Program-made: the position numbers and the translations under genes
Shown: positions 1-9,307 of the stretch, piece after piece
How the letters are laid out: each line of letters starts with the position of its first letter
Position numbering within the stretch: position 1 is the first letter of the stretch
From: a virus
Taxonomy: Duplodnaviria; Caudoviricetes
Virus record (IMG/VR): IMGVR_UViG_651703002_000001
Span: 1-64,000 of that record
Strand: one strand, 5' to 3'
DNA: 64,000 nucleotides
The notes under the pieces: generated by a model
Databases searched by the model: none
What the model saw: only the letters and a program-made list of their open reading frames with translations
What the model was told of the DNA's origin: nothing

Positions 1-2235
1 TTAAGCCCCAGTAACCATATTGTTAATAGATTCCCAAACTTCATCGGAAATAGAAATATCTTTTACAGAATGAAGAAGTGTATACACAACCAGATGTTCT
101 TTCTTGAATATTTCAAGATTTGTTTTGTATTTCTCAACGGCAGCATCTTCAAAAGATGAAATATACTTCTTCAGTTCATCGTTTTCGTTATAAGAAGTAA
201 CGGAAAGCAAGTTCATATACTCTCGATATGTATCTTCATCCCAAGACTTTTTAGAAACTAAATCATAACGCTTTCTAATTGGGTCCGACAACAAAATATT
301 ATCAACCAATCGGCGATGTACATTAAAACCGACTGTATCTGAAGTCAATTTATGAAACGCATTTTTATACGTAGTTTCTTTAATGTCATTATAAACCAAA
401 CGGGAAAGGTTTGGATTCTTTTCTGCACGTTTTTTAAGTGCTGACGGAATACGATAAACCGGTTTTCCTAACCAATCTGCCATGCGACATAGGCTTGAGT
501 TTTCAAGAATCTGATCGAATTTTGTATCATCATCGTCATAATAATATCCACCCTTGACTATAACATAAAACCCATCAAACGAATCAACATCTTTTGCGTA
601 GATATTTTCATGATTAGTTTTATCAGAGTAGAACACCACAACGGAATGTCCAGCATCACGAACCCTATTGGATCTTGGTGCGTTTTTACGGGCTTCTTTG
701 CGGGCTAGTTCACGTTTCTCTTGAATTACAGGTCCATGTATACCCCAAAGCTTCTCAACGTCATACACGCATACATCGTCTTTGTGATAACGCTTTGCAA
801 TGGAGATCAGAACATCACGAATCATTTTATCGAATTTTTTATTCCAGCGCATACCCGACTGGTTAAACATCATAACGCCGTGACTATTCTTAGGAATGAT
901 TCCATGTTCTTGAAGTGAACGGATGTTCTTTTTGTATCCCTTTACTGAGTTATCAACAATCAACAATGGAATATTATACTTAGTCGTATGATGTTTTGGA
1001 TTGAATTTAGCTTCCAGTTTCACCTTATAATTTGAGTAATAACGAGATGAACGAGTGCGATCAAAAATCTTATAACTTGTATTGGAAAATCCATTCATAA
1101 AAGAAATAGAACGGTCCTTTAGATTATCTTCAATATATTTTAGATATTTGATAACCGCTGGATCAAATTCAATATTGTCATAAAAAATATCCCAGTCCTT
1201 CAGAGTCTTTTTATTATGATAGAACGTATTACTTACGAAATTAAAAATCGATGTACCAAAAGTAAGGTCTTTGATCTTATTTATCTTCTCCCGAGCATCC
1301 TTACAACCTTCAATTGCGAGCGTTACATCATCCCATACCTTATCAGCATGGGATTTAAAATACTTCTTAAGGGTTGTAATTGTATGCTCATCCAAACTCA
1401 ACTCTTCACGGTTAGGAAGAGGATTAAGAGAACCCATGGGAAAATCAATAAACTTGGTTGAGTTTTTAGGAAAGTAAATCTCACAAACTGTTCCATCGAT
1501 AAACTTTCTCGGAATGGAATATGATACACCCCCCATAATTGCATATGTGCCATGGTCATACAGACGAGGAACATTCTTTTGTTCATCTTTATATGTACAC
1601 AGACCCAAGTCGGTCCCGACAAAATTGGGGAAATATTCGTTTCGATTGAACGTGTAATAAACAAAACGACTTTCTTCTTGAATATCTGAAATATCTTCCT
1701 GATCTACAGGAACTACGATTTCAATACCCGTATGTTCGTCAGATGGACAGCTATGGACAGGAACACATGCAGGGATCCCGTTATTCATGTAGATACTATA
1801 AACCGTCTTTACACCATCAAACCAAGATGTAACTGTAAAGGTTGTGGTATAACAGAACGGACTTTTGGACCCCAAACCAAACGCACCAATAAAATCGTCA
1901 GATTCTTCTTTAGTTGATGCAAAGTAAGTTGTAAACAACGCATCAATACCTTCCGGAGAAAGACCAATACCATAATCCCGCAAACGCCATTGAAGGCTCA
2001 ATTCTGAAGGCAACTCTACATCAAAGTGTTTGCTTACCGGTTTACCCTGCAATGCAAGTGCAATATGACCATCAATCGCGTTACAACTCAGCTCTCGAAT
2101 AAATGCTCGGATCTTGAACTTATACAGCCCAGAAGACAGTATGGTATATGCCTTTGAAGATTGCACCATACCAAACTGTTTTACTTCTCCTTGAGTATCA
2201 CCATAAATTGGTGTCTTCATTTCAACCATCTTCAT
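1..2235 (-). CDS. rIIA: RIIA protector from prophage-induced early lysis
   Basis: N-terminal GHKL ATPase motifs (RELSCNAID, DYGIG, GAFGLGSKSPF) typical of T4 rIIA; stop codon at positions 1-3; downstream of topoisomerase as in T4. Confidence 0.92.
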   Translation of the reverse strand: MKMVEMKTPIYGDTQGEVKQFGMVQSSKAYTILSSGLYKFKIRAFIRELSCNAIDGHIALALQGKPVSKHFDVELPSELSLQWRLRDYGIGLSPEGIDALFTTYFASTKEESDDFIGAFGLGSKSPFCYTTTFTVTSWFDGVKTVYSIYMNNGIPACVPVHSCPSDEHTGIEIVVPVDQEDISDIQEESRFVYYTFNRNEYFPNFVGTDLGLCTYKDEQKNVPRLYDHGTYAIMGGVSYSIPRKFIDGTVCEIYFPKNSTKFIDFPMGSLNPLPNREELSLDEHTITTLKKYFKSHADKVWDDVTLAIEGCKDAREKINKIKDLTFGTSIFNFVSNTFYHNKKTLKDWDIFYDNIEFDPAVIKYLKYIEDNLKDRSISFMNGFSNTSYKIFDRTRSSRYYSNYKVKLEAKFNPKHHTTKYNIPLLIVDNSVKGYKKNIRSLQEHGIIPKNSHGVMMFNQSGMRWNKKFDKMIRDVLISIAKRYHKDDVCVYDVEKLWGIHGPVIQEKRELARKEARKNAPRSNRVRDAGHSVVVFYSDKTNHENIYAKDVDSFDGFYVIVKGGYYYDDDDTKFDQILENSSLCRMADWLGKPVYRIPSALKKRAEKNPNLSRLVYNDIKETTYKNAFHKLTSDTVGFNVHRRLVDNILLSDPIRKRYDLVSKKSWDEDTYREYMNLLSVTSYNENDELKKYISSFEDAAVEKYKTNLEIFKKEHLVVYTLLHSVKDISISDEVWESINNMVTGA

Positions 2236-2261
2236 ATTATAAAATCCTCATAACCCAAAAA

Positions 2262-2534
2262 TTAAACTTCTACCATGTATTCTTCGATATCTTCTTGGTA
2301 TAGATGGAAAATTAACGCTTCATCAAAATGCATTATAATTGCAGGAGAACCGTCAACCATAATCCACGCTTCATCGTCACACAGATCAATATAAAACTCT
2401 TCAATACCTTCTGTATCTAGAAATTCGATTACGGCTTGGTTATATGTTTTGAGATCTTCTTCTCCGGAGTGATTAAAACCATCACTTGCGAATTCTTGTT
2501 TATGATTTTCACTTTTAAAACGATATTTTTTCAT
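2262..2534 (-). CDS. Hypothetical acidic protein (paralogue of the adjacent ORF)
   Basis: 90-aa ORF in operon; N-terminus MKKYRFKS resembles the neighbour's MKFRFKS. Confidence 0.7.
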   Translation of the reverse strand: MKKYRFKSENHKQEFASDGFNHSGEEDLKTYNQAVIEFLDTEGIEEFYIDLCDDEAWIMVDGSPAIIMHFDEALIFHLYQEDIEEYMVEV

Positions 2535-2537
2535 AAT

Positions 2538-2801
2538 TTATTCCACCATAGTTAGGAAATTTGAAATGTCAGAACTGGAAAAATGATAGAATAAGCTTTC
2601 CAATTCCACTGGGGTTTCTGGTTCCATGTCAATCACAAATTTATCTTCTTGATAATCAACTGACACTAGATAAAACTCATCATAACCGTATTTATCAAGA
2701 TAGTCAACTATTGTATGATTGGGATTATCTCCAATCTCATAGATCTGGTCCATGTTGAGAAATTGTTGTTTTTCTATATCACTTTTAAATCGAAATTTCA
2801 T
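2538..2801 (-). CDS. Hypothetical acidic protein
   Basis: 87-aa ORF, GAGGTG RBS, start overlaps upstream stop (ATGA). Confidence 0.7.
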   Translation of the reverse strand: MKFRFKSDIEKQQFLNMDQIYEIGDNPNHTIVDYLDKYGYDEFYLVSVDYQEDKFVIDMEPETPVELESLFYHFSSSDISNFLTMVE

Positions 2802-3128
2802 TTCTTCACCTCAAAATCCAGATACAAATCCAACCAGTCTAGAGCTAATTTATCTAGATCCGGAGAATACCCCATAACAATCTTCCAGTCAACCGTTTTC
2901 TTTGTGATATAAGTTTCGGTCTTCAATGCATCAAGTAGTTTGTTTACTTCTCGCCAAACTTCATCAATGGGTTCGATCTCGTCTTCATCACACCATTCTT
3001 TCCATTCAATGATCGACTGTTCATACCATCCAACAATCTTATCACGGATGAACCATACAGGTTTCTTGTCGCCAATAGACAGAGTAGGACTTGTTTTATG
3101 TGAAATGTTACTTAAGTTGTTTTTTCAT
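2798..3128 (-). CDS. Hypothetical protein, frameshifted in an A-run just after the start
   Basis: GAGG RBS + ATG at 3128; removing one A opens a ~109-codon frame (NISHKTSPTLSIGDKKPVWFIRDK...LDFEVKK) ending at 2798. Confidence 0.55.
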
Positions 3129-3172
3129 ATCAATTGCCTCATAATTTTTATCTATTATACACAAGAAAAAGA

Positions 3173-3203
3173 AAAAGGGAACAAAAATGTTCCCTTTATT
3201 TTT
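3173..3203. terminator. Rho-independent terminator after topoisomerase gene
   Basis: AAAAAGGGAACA-AAAA-TGTTCCCTTTATTTT inverted repeat with A/T tails. Confidence 0.7.
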
Positions 3204-5205
3204 ATTCATCCATCCAAGCTTTACGCAAGTCGGATTCGTTACCAAAGAACATCTCTAGAGATTCCCCAGCACTACCATCTATACTAACCCGCTCCATGTA
3301 CGGATCTCGGATACACTTCTTGTAATCTTCCTTGTTCAACTGACCCAATCCTTTAACATGTTCATGTTTCCAGCCAGTTCCCGCAAATTTCTTATTGTTA
3401 AATTCGACAGTATCATAACACCAAACAACATCCTTACCCTTCCTACTGATATATTCTGGGGTACGGCATACCAACAAACGCCCTTGGTCGATGTAGTGTT
3501 TCCAATACTTATGGAACAATGAAATAATCAGGTTGCTTATGTGTCCACGACCATCTGGATCCGCATCAACGAGAATAGAAACATAGTCATAATTCGCGGC
3601 GGTATTCCGTCTGACATTGGTTTGATTTCTATAATGAACCATATCAGGTTTTAGTTCATGAGTCCATTCATTTCCTGTAATGATATCTCGGGTCTGTACC
3701 CATTTACCATTAACAATCATTTCATCATTTTCAGCAACAACCAGATCTCCATTTCGATAAAAGTCACCACTTGGTAATTCTTTCGTATCATCAAGGGTTA
3801 TTCCCAAAATGGAAATGATATTGGTGATCTCTGCGTTTTTCAATACTTTGGTTTTGTCTGATATTTTGTGAACAGACAACATTTTACCACGAAGAGGGAA
3901 ACCCCCTTGTGTGTCGTGATCGCGAGTTGCACCAAGGAATCCCAATGCGGAATCACCCTCAGTCAAGAATAGGACCGTTTCGAATCCCTTCTTTCCATAC
4001 TTGTTAGCCTGAATATGTTTAGGAACGTTCGAGGTAAGAGCCTTCTTTTGTGCTTTTGTTGCGAGCGCCTTTTCTACTGCATCACGTTTTGCAATTGCAC
4101 TTTCAACAATAGGCATGATAACAGAATCATTGGATATCATCCGTTTTGCAATGGCTTTTAGATCAATACCACAATGATCCTTAATTTGTCCATTGGAATT
4201 ACTCAATCGCTCTTTTGTCTGACCATCGAACTTAGCACCTTCAAACCCACGAAGAGACATAAAAATCAATGTATTCTCTTTAATTCGTGATTTATTGATC
4301 TCAACCTTAAACTTTCGTTTAATCATTGGGGTTAGTTCATCACACAAACCATTGATCAAATATTCTACGTGGTTTCCGCCTTGCTTAGTATGTACACCAT
4401 TCACATAACTCAACTGACGGAATTCGTCAGAAGTACCTATGAAGAATGAACATTTTTCATTCTCAAAAATTACCGGATCACCAAAATCACTAGCAAATTT
4501 CTTGAACTTAGAATCTACTTTCTTTTTATTGAAAGTGAACTTAATTTGTGGAAACAATACCGACAAAATTTCTACGCGAGATTTAATAACATCTACAATG
4601 TCATTAGGAATACCACCAAATATACCGAACTTGTCTAGCAAATCTGGGATAAACTCAACAGTAGTACCTTGAGTTCCACCTTTTTTCTTTGTGTAAGATT
4701 GGTTTTCTGCGTTTTGGGTACAGTAGATTGTAACTGTATTTTTACCATCGCATGTGGTTGCTCGGAACATAGTAGAATATAGGTTAGTCAAAACGGAACC
4801 AACGCCATTTTTACCAATACCTTTACGCTCTTTCACGAAGTTACCGCCAGCCATTGCGCGAGTATAACACGCCAAGGGATACGGTACGACTTCACCCTCT
4901 GGGGTTGTTACATCATATTGCGGTATACCTCTACCGTTATCTGATATAGTTACTTGGTTTGTTTGATCATCGACTACGATATCAATTTTATTTGCATATT
5001 TAAAATCGGTTCTAATTGCTTCATCTACCGAGTTATCTACAATTTCATCAATCACTTTAGCAAGACCCGGAATATAGTTCTTGCTTACAAACTTACCATT
5101 TTCTAAAACTAAATGAGTTTCTTCTGATAAAGACCCAACATACATATCACTGTTTAGGAAAATATGTTCGTAGTGACTAAGAATTTTACCTTCCTGTTCT
5201 TTCAT
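3202..5205 (-). CDS. 39: DNA topoisomerase II large subunit, gp39+gp60 fused
   Basis: GHKL motifs (EIVDNSVDE, DNGRGIP, GKNGVGS), TOPRIM EGDSA and PLRGK, DADPDG and KGLG all in one 667-aa ORF. Confidence 0.95.
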   Translation of the reverse strand: MKEQEGKILSHYEHIFLNSDMYVGSLSEETHLVLENGKFVSKNYIPGLAKVIDEIVDNSVDEAIRTDFKYANKIDIVVDDQTNQVTISDNGRGIPQYDVTTPEGEVVPYPLACYTRAMAGGNFVKERKGIGKNGVGSVLTNLYSTMFRATTCDGKNTVTIYCTQNAENQSYTKKKGGTQGTTVEFIPDLLDKFGIFGGIPNDIVDVIKSRVEILSVLFPQIKFTFNKKKVDSKFKKFASDFGDPVIFENEKCSFFIGTSDEFRQLSYVNGVHTKQGGNHVEYLINGLCDELTPMIKRKFKVEINKSRIKENTLIFMSLRGFEGAKFDGQTKERLSNSNGQIKDHCGIDLKAIAKRMISNDSVIMPIVESAIAKRDAVEKALATKAQKKALTSNVPKHIQANKYGKKGFETVLFLTEGDSALGFLGATRDHDTQGGFPLRGKMLSVHKISDKTKVLKNAEITNIISILGITLDDTKELPSGDFYRNGDLVVAENDEMIVNGKWVQTRDIITGNEWTHELKPDMVHYRNQTNVRRNTAANYDYVSILVDADPDGRGHISNLIISLFHKYWKHYIDQGRLLVCRTPEYISRKGKDVVWCYDTVEFNNKKFAGTGWKHEHVKGLGQLNKEDYKKCIRDPYMERVSIDGSAGESLEMFFGNESDLRKAWMDE

Positions 5206-5548
5206 CTATTACGACCCCATGTTTCTTAAGAATATTTTGTACCGTTATATTTGTTATGTTAACCCACCCTCTAGAGTTTTGAATATTCAATTCTTTAAAA
5301 AGTTCTGTATATGAGTGTACCGGTACGTGAATATAATCAAGAAGTTCGAATGAAGGTTCATCATCAACCAAAGTACATTTATAATTTACTGTATCCAAAA
5401 ATTCTTCTGTTACCTTATGGTATGACCCATACCGTGCATAATCAACACCAAGAACTCCGATGAAATATGTACGATAACCTAGTTTTGATTCTCGGATCTG
5501 TTTCCTTGCTAGTTCAACCAATTTAGAATCAATCATTCGTTTCTCCAA
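5186..5548 (-). CDS. Hypothetical protein
   Basis: ~116-120 aa ORF with GGAG RBS, in operon. Confidence 0.65.
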   Translation of the reverse strand: MEKRMIDSKLVELARKQIRESKLGYRTYFIGVLGVDYARYGSYHKVTEEFLDTVNYKCTLVDDEPSFELLDYIHVPVHSYTELFKELNIQNSRGWVNITNITVQNILKKHGVVIDERTGR

Positions 5549-5568
5549 AATGTGGGGGATTACTCCCC

Positions 5569-5967
5569 CTATTTTTCAATATAATATTCTGCAAAGCTCG
5601 GAGAACCCGTTACTTTAGTAACCAAATACCTCAATCTTCCGTCAGCTAGTTTATCATAGTGACGGAAAAATGTAAACTCACCCATAGGGACAACAATAAA
5701 CATTGGATCGGGGCCAATCATATTTTCATATTCTTGACTGGTGATTTTATAATGGAACCAAGAAATACACGGTTTTGATGTGGTTTTATCATCAACACCA
5801 ATATTAGTTGGTGTTGGTTTGTATCCACGATTAGGCATTCCCCAATCACCACCATTTTTCCAAACGTTTGGATCCCAAAAGTGATTGGGCCAATCTTGAT
5901 ATGATGGGCTGGTATATGGAACTCCAATCGGATCGTTCCACCATTCAAATTGCTTATGCATCGTCAT
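5569..5967 (-). CDS. Hypothetical protein (Trp/Pro-rich N-terminus)
   Basis: 132-aa ORF in operon orientation. Confidence 0.6.
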   Translation of the reverse strand: MTMHKQFEWWNDPIGVPYTSPSYQDWPNHFWDPNVWKNGGDWGMPNRGYKPTPTNIGVDDKTTSKPCISWFHYKITSQEYENMIGPDPMFIVVPMGEFTFFRHYDKLADGRLRYLVTKVTGSPSFAEYYIEK

Positions 5968-6129
5968 GTACCAGATATGCGTCTACATCATAGTTTTCAT
6001 AAACTGCTACAAGTTTACCATCCAAGTAAAAGTTTTGGGAAAACCCTTCTGGTTCGTAGCAAGTACGGGATACAACACCAGCAGCATACGCAACTTCTTC
6101 AAATACTTCAACAGATACTTGTTTCATTT

Positions 6130-6789
6130 TCAATAACCTCTTTTTGAGTTAGGATCTATTTCGGCTGGAATATCTTCAAGCCCATGAGAGTAACGTTTTG
6201 AATAGATTACCATCAATACATCGCGAGCGCAATCATGTAATGAGTTATGTTTTGTGAAATTTGGAAGACTTCCAACCGGCAAAGGACAATATGTTTGATC
6301 CCTTCCGAGGTTATCTTCAATGACGGTTCGAATCTCACGGAAATTGTTAAACATAACAGGAGCCTCGTTGGTTACTTCACTAGGAGGGATCCCCATAGCA
6401 GAAATTATCCAACTACGCAACCAAATTATATCCATTTCTCCCCGAGTCCAGAAATGTGACTTCTTGAAACTGATATCATTTTTGTTTAGGAATTCCTTAA
6501 GCTCTGCTAATCCTTCAACCATAGTCACATCTTCGTCTGATGGCTTCAGGAGAAGTTTTGCATCATCACCTTGACGTTTCCACCAATCGATTGTAGAAGC
6601 GCTGGTAGTGCGTCCTAGAGCTTTCTGAGACTTAATATCAAACTTAATTTTAATTCCGTTTGATACCAGACTATTAAATGTGGGAACATTTACTATATCC
6701 ATATGAAATGGAATTATAGACGCTTCAATCAAAATTGCAGATTCACATACATCTAACGATTCAAAGTCAATAATAAAGTCAGTAACCAT
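6130..6789 (-). CDS. dexA: DexA 3'-5' exonuclease
   Basis: DEDDh motifs DFIIDFES and HNSLHDCARD; T4 dexA-like. Confidence 0.9.
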   Translation of the reverse strand: MVTDFIIDFESLDVCESAILIEASIIPFHMDIVNVPTFNSLVSNGIKIKFDIKSQKALGRTTSASTIDWWKRQGDDAKLLLKPSDEDVTMVEGLAELKEFLNKNDISFKKSHFWTRGEMDIIWLRSWIISAMGIPPSEVTNEAPVMFNNFREIRTVIEDNLGRDQTYCPLPVGSLPNFTKHNSLHDCARDVLMVIYSKRYSHGLEDIPAEIDPNSKRGY

Positions 6790-7280
6790 TACTTGGTCCC
6801 CGAAGAACCGATCCCAGCAGACCCACGAACTGTTTGTGTTTCAAAATCATCAACTCGATTAAACTTAATCTTGTTGAATACTGGGATAAACACCATCTGA
6901 CAAAACCGCTCACCTTTCGGGATATGAAGAACTTTGTTAAAAGTCATTGGGTCATCTTCATTCACAATATGTTCATTTCGAACTTTAACCATAATCTCGC
7001 CTTGATAATTTCCATCGATAAGACCGACAGTATTAGCAAGTCGAGTATAGAATTTAAATCCAAGACCAGAACGCGGGAGGATCATTGCCGCGATACCAAC
7101 CCCCGGAATATCAGTTTCAATTTGACTCATATCAAAACGCATACCGGTATTTACAATGATATCTTCTCCCGGTTTTAGCATGATCGCTTCTGGGGTTCGC
7201 AGATCAATAGCGGCATCACCTTCACGTTGAAAATCCGGCATTGCGTCATATTCGAAACCACTAATAAAATTCATTTCCAT
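6789..7280 (-). CDS. dut: Trimeric dUTPase
   Basis: Motifs AAIDL, PRSGLG, GLIDGNYQGEI, FCQMVF, RGSAGIGSSG. Confidence 0.95.
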   Translation of the reverse strand: MEMNFISGFEYDAMPDFQREGDAAIDLRTPEAIMLKPGEDIIVNTGMRFDMSQIETDIPGVGIAAMILPRSGLGFKFYTRLANTVGLIDGNYQGEIMVKVRNEHIVNEDDPMTFNKVLHIPKGERFCQMVFIPVFNKIKFNRVDDFETQTVRGSAGIGSSGTK

Positions 7281-7282
7281 TT

Positions 7283-7642
7283 TTAAACCTCATTTAATTT
7301 TTCAGACAAAAATTGTGCTAGACGTTTTCGGCTTTCACCGTATGATCCATAGTAGTAATTATCTACTTCGACATATTCATCAAAGGGTGTCAACCCTCGC
7401 GGGGACTTTACCGGATAATTTATATTACCGGAATAATCATCCCAATATTCCACATGATTTTGAATTACATCAGTAAGGGAGTAATAACAATCAGTTTCGT
7501 ATTTTTTAAAATCTACACACAAATTCCAACTTTGGTTACACAAACCAATATCATAATCCCACCATTCTGGGAATTTACTATTTGATACATTTTGAAGAAC
7601 TTCAACAACTGTCAAAGTATAATCTAAATCATTATTTTCCAT
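7283..7642 (-). CDS. Hypothetical protein
   Basis: 119-aa ORF tightly packed in operon. Confidence 0.65.
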   Translation of the reverse strand: MENNDLDYTLTVVEVLQNVSNSKFPEWWDYDIGLCNQSWNLCVDFKKYETDCYYSLTDVIQNHVEYWDDYSGNINYPVKSPRGLTPFDEYVEVDNYYYGSYGESRKRLAQFLSEKLNEV

Positions 7643-7645
7643 AAA

Positions 7646-8692
7646 CTAAATCCTCTTGTGTCCAAATCTGCGCCACTTGCTAAGTGCAAGTTCCGCCCTT
7701 AGACCATAGTATGTATGTTCTTTTAGATAAGAAATTATATCTTCAATACGAGCGCCATCATTTTTTACCATATCATTTATATCTTTAGATTGCCATGGAC
7801 ATTCGTCCCATATGACAACCCGTTCACCAGCATGAACCAGATTTTCTATCCGTTTTATTGTATCATAAGAACGGTCTTCCTTGTCAAGTACCCAAACCCG
7901 TTTTTCCGGAAATGGAGCATCTTCAAGGGCCATCACACCCCCAACGATAGCACAAGCGTTAGGAATGAATACGCTATCAATTGGACCCTCTAACATCCAT
8001 ACGGTTTTGTTGGGATCCGCTCTTTCCATGCCATAAACCTTAGAAGCCTTATCATCTGCTTTGATAGTAAGGTATCGGCGGCTTTTATCTACATTTGGAT
8101 CTAGTGCGCGACCTTGTAATGAGGAATAAGTTCCATCCTTATTATAGATCGGGATAACTAGTCTATACTCTTTTTTGTCATCATACAAGTATGTTTCTGG
8201 TTTTATATTATTTGCTAGTTTCTTCCATTCGTCTGTGAAGAAAAATAGATGATATTGATGTTTGGGAATCTTTCGATTGGCAACCCATTTAACCGCTGGG
8301 TGATTTTCTGGAAGATCTGCAATGCAAGTTGAATATGGTATCACATTCTTCTTTATAATTTCAACTGGTTTTGGCTTTGGTTTCTCAACAGAAACCCAAC
8401 TATCGTCTTTATTTGAAAACTTTTCTTTTGCAAATTCTCTATACATTTCCGGTTCGTGGTCATATAGATAATTTGTTAGCTTAAAGTTCCGACCACAGTT
8501 GAAACAACCAAATCGAACGTGTCCATCATCTTCATATAACCATCCACGGGTTTTATAACCAGAATCACCATCACCACATAATGGACATTTGAAGTTATAA
8601 CGAACTTCAACACCACGGGCGTGATCGGTACACATCTCCATTCGATATGACAACCGTGTAGCGAAATCTCGTTCTATCGCAATAATGTTCAT
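7646..8692 (-). CDS. 61: DNA primase gp61
   Basis: Zn finger CPLCGD...CFNC; TOPRIM EGPIDS; KDINDM. Confidence 0.95.
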   Translation of the reverse strand: MNIIAIERDFATRLSYRMEMCTDHARGVEVRYNFKCPLCGDGDSGYKTRGWLYEDDGHVRFGCFNCGRNFKLTNYLYDHEPEMYREFAKEKFSNKDDSWVSVEKPKPKPVEIIKKNVIPYSTCIADLPENHPAVKWVANRKIPKHQYHLFFFTDEWKKLANNIKPETYLYDDKKEYRLVIPIYNKDGTYSSLQGRALDPNVDKSRRYLTIKADDKASKVYGMERADPNKTVWMLEGPIDSVFIPNACAIVGGVMALEDAPFPEKRVWVLDKEDRSYDTIKRIENLVHAGERVVIWDECPWQSKDINDMVKNDGARIEDIISYLKEHTYYGLRAELALSKWRRFGHKRI

Positions 8693-8714
8693 AAAATACC
8701 CCCTAATTTTAAGT

Positions 8715-8725
8715 AGTATAACACA
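8715..8725 (-). promoter_or_regulatory. Extended -10 promoter TGTGT-TATACT for primase
   Basis: Motif upstream of the GGGGG RBS; the same motif recurs before genes 41, 55 and nrdA. Confidence 0.55.
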
Positions 8726-8740
8726 AGTACCACATAAAAA

Positions 8741-8765
8741 TAAAGCCCCATAATTGGGGCTTTTT
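8741..8765. terminator. Rho-independent terminator
   Basis: AAAGCCCCA-TAAT-TGGGGCTTTTT. Confidence 0.7.
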
Positions 8766-8820
8766 GTAACATATCTAATACTAAAACGTGTATATTGTTA
8801 TAATTTGTAACGTATACGTA

Positions 8821-9262
8821 TCAATCTTCCAATGGACTTTTCATTTTCTTTTTAACAATTTTCTTACCTGAAGGTCCCTTACCAGTAACCGAACCGGTAG
8901 TTACTCCGGACGCTATATTAGAAACACTTCCGCCACTATCACCGGCTACCATAGCTTCACATAACTTTTCGATAGTCGTATCAGGAGTTCCGTATTGATC
9001 TGTTAAAGTATTCCATTTAGATTTAACTTCATGAAGATCAACCATCAATCGGGTATTACCATATGTATCAATACTCTGTTTAAGAGAATTCACAGATTCG
9101 TGAAATTTTGTATAAGCAGCAATATCCCTAACTGATTTGGGTTCTCCAATCTGGTTTCCCCTGTTCATCAATAATTCCTTGATCATATGCTTCCCAATCT
9201 CGGAAAGGCTTATTTAGCAAAGAAAACATACATTTAGAGTATGTAGATTCCATTTTGTTCAC
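8821..9262 (-). CDS. 61.1: gp61.1-like conserved protein (frameshift near 9155)
   Basis: N-part LLNKPFRDWEAYDQGIIDEQG (GTG 9262, GGAG RBS) and C-part AYTKFHESVNSLK...GVTTGSVTGKGP lie in different frames; both match T4-like 61.1. Confidence 0.7.
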
Positions 9263-9307
9263 AATTATCTCCTAACAATAATGGGGCCACACAGCCCCGT
9301 TTATTAT

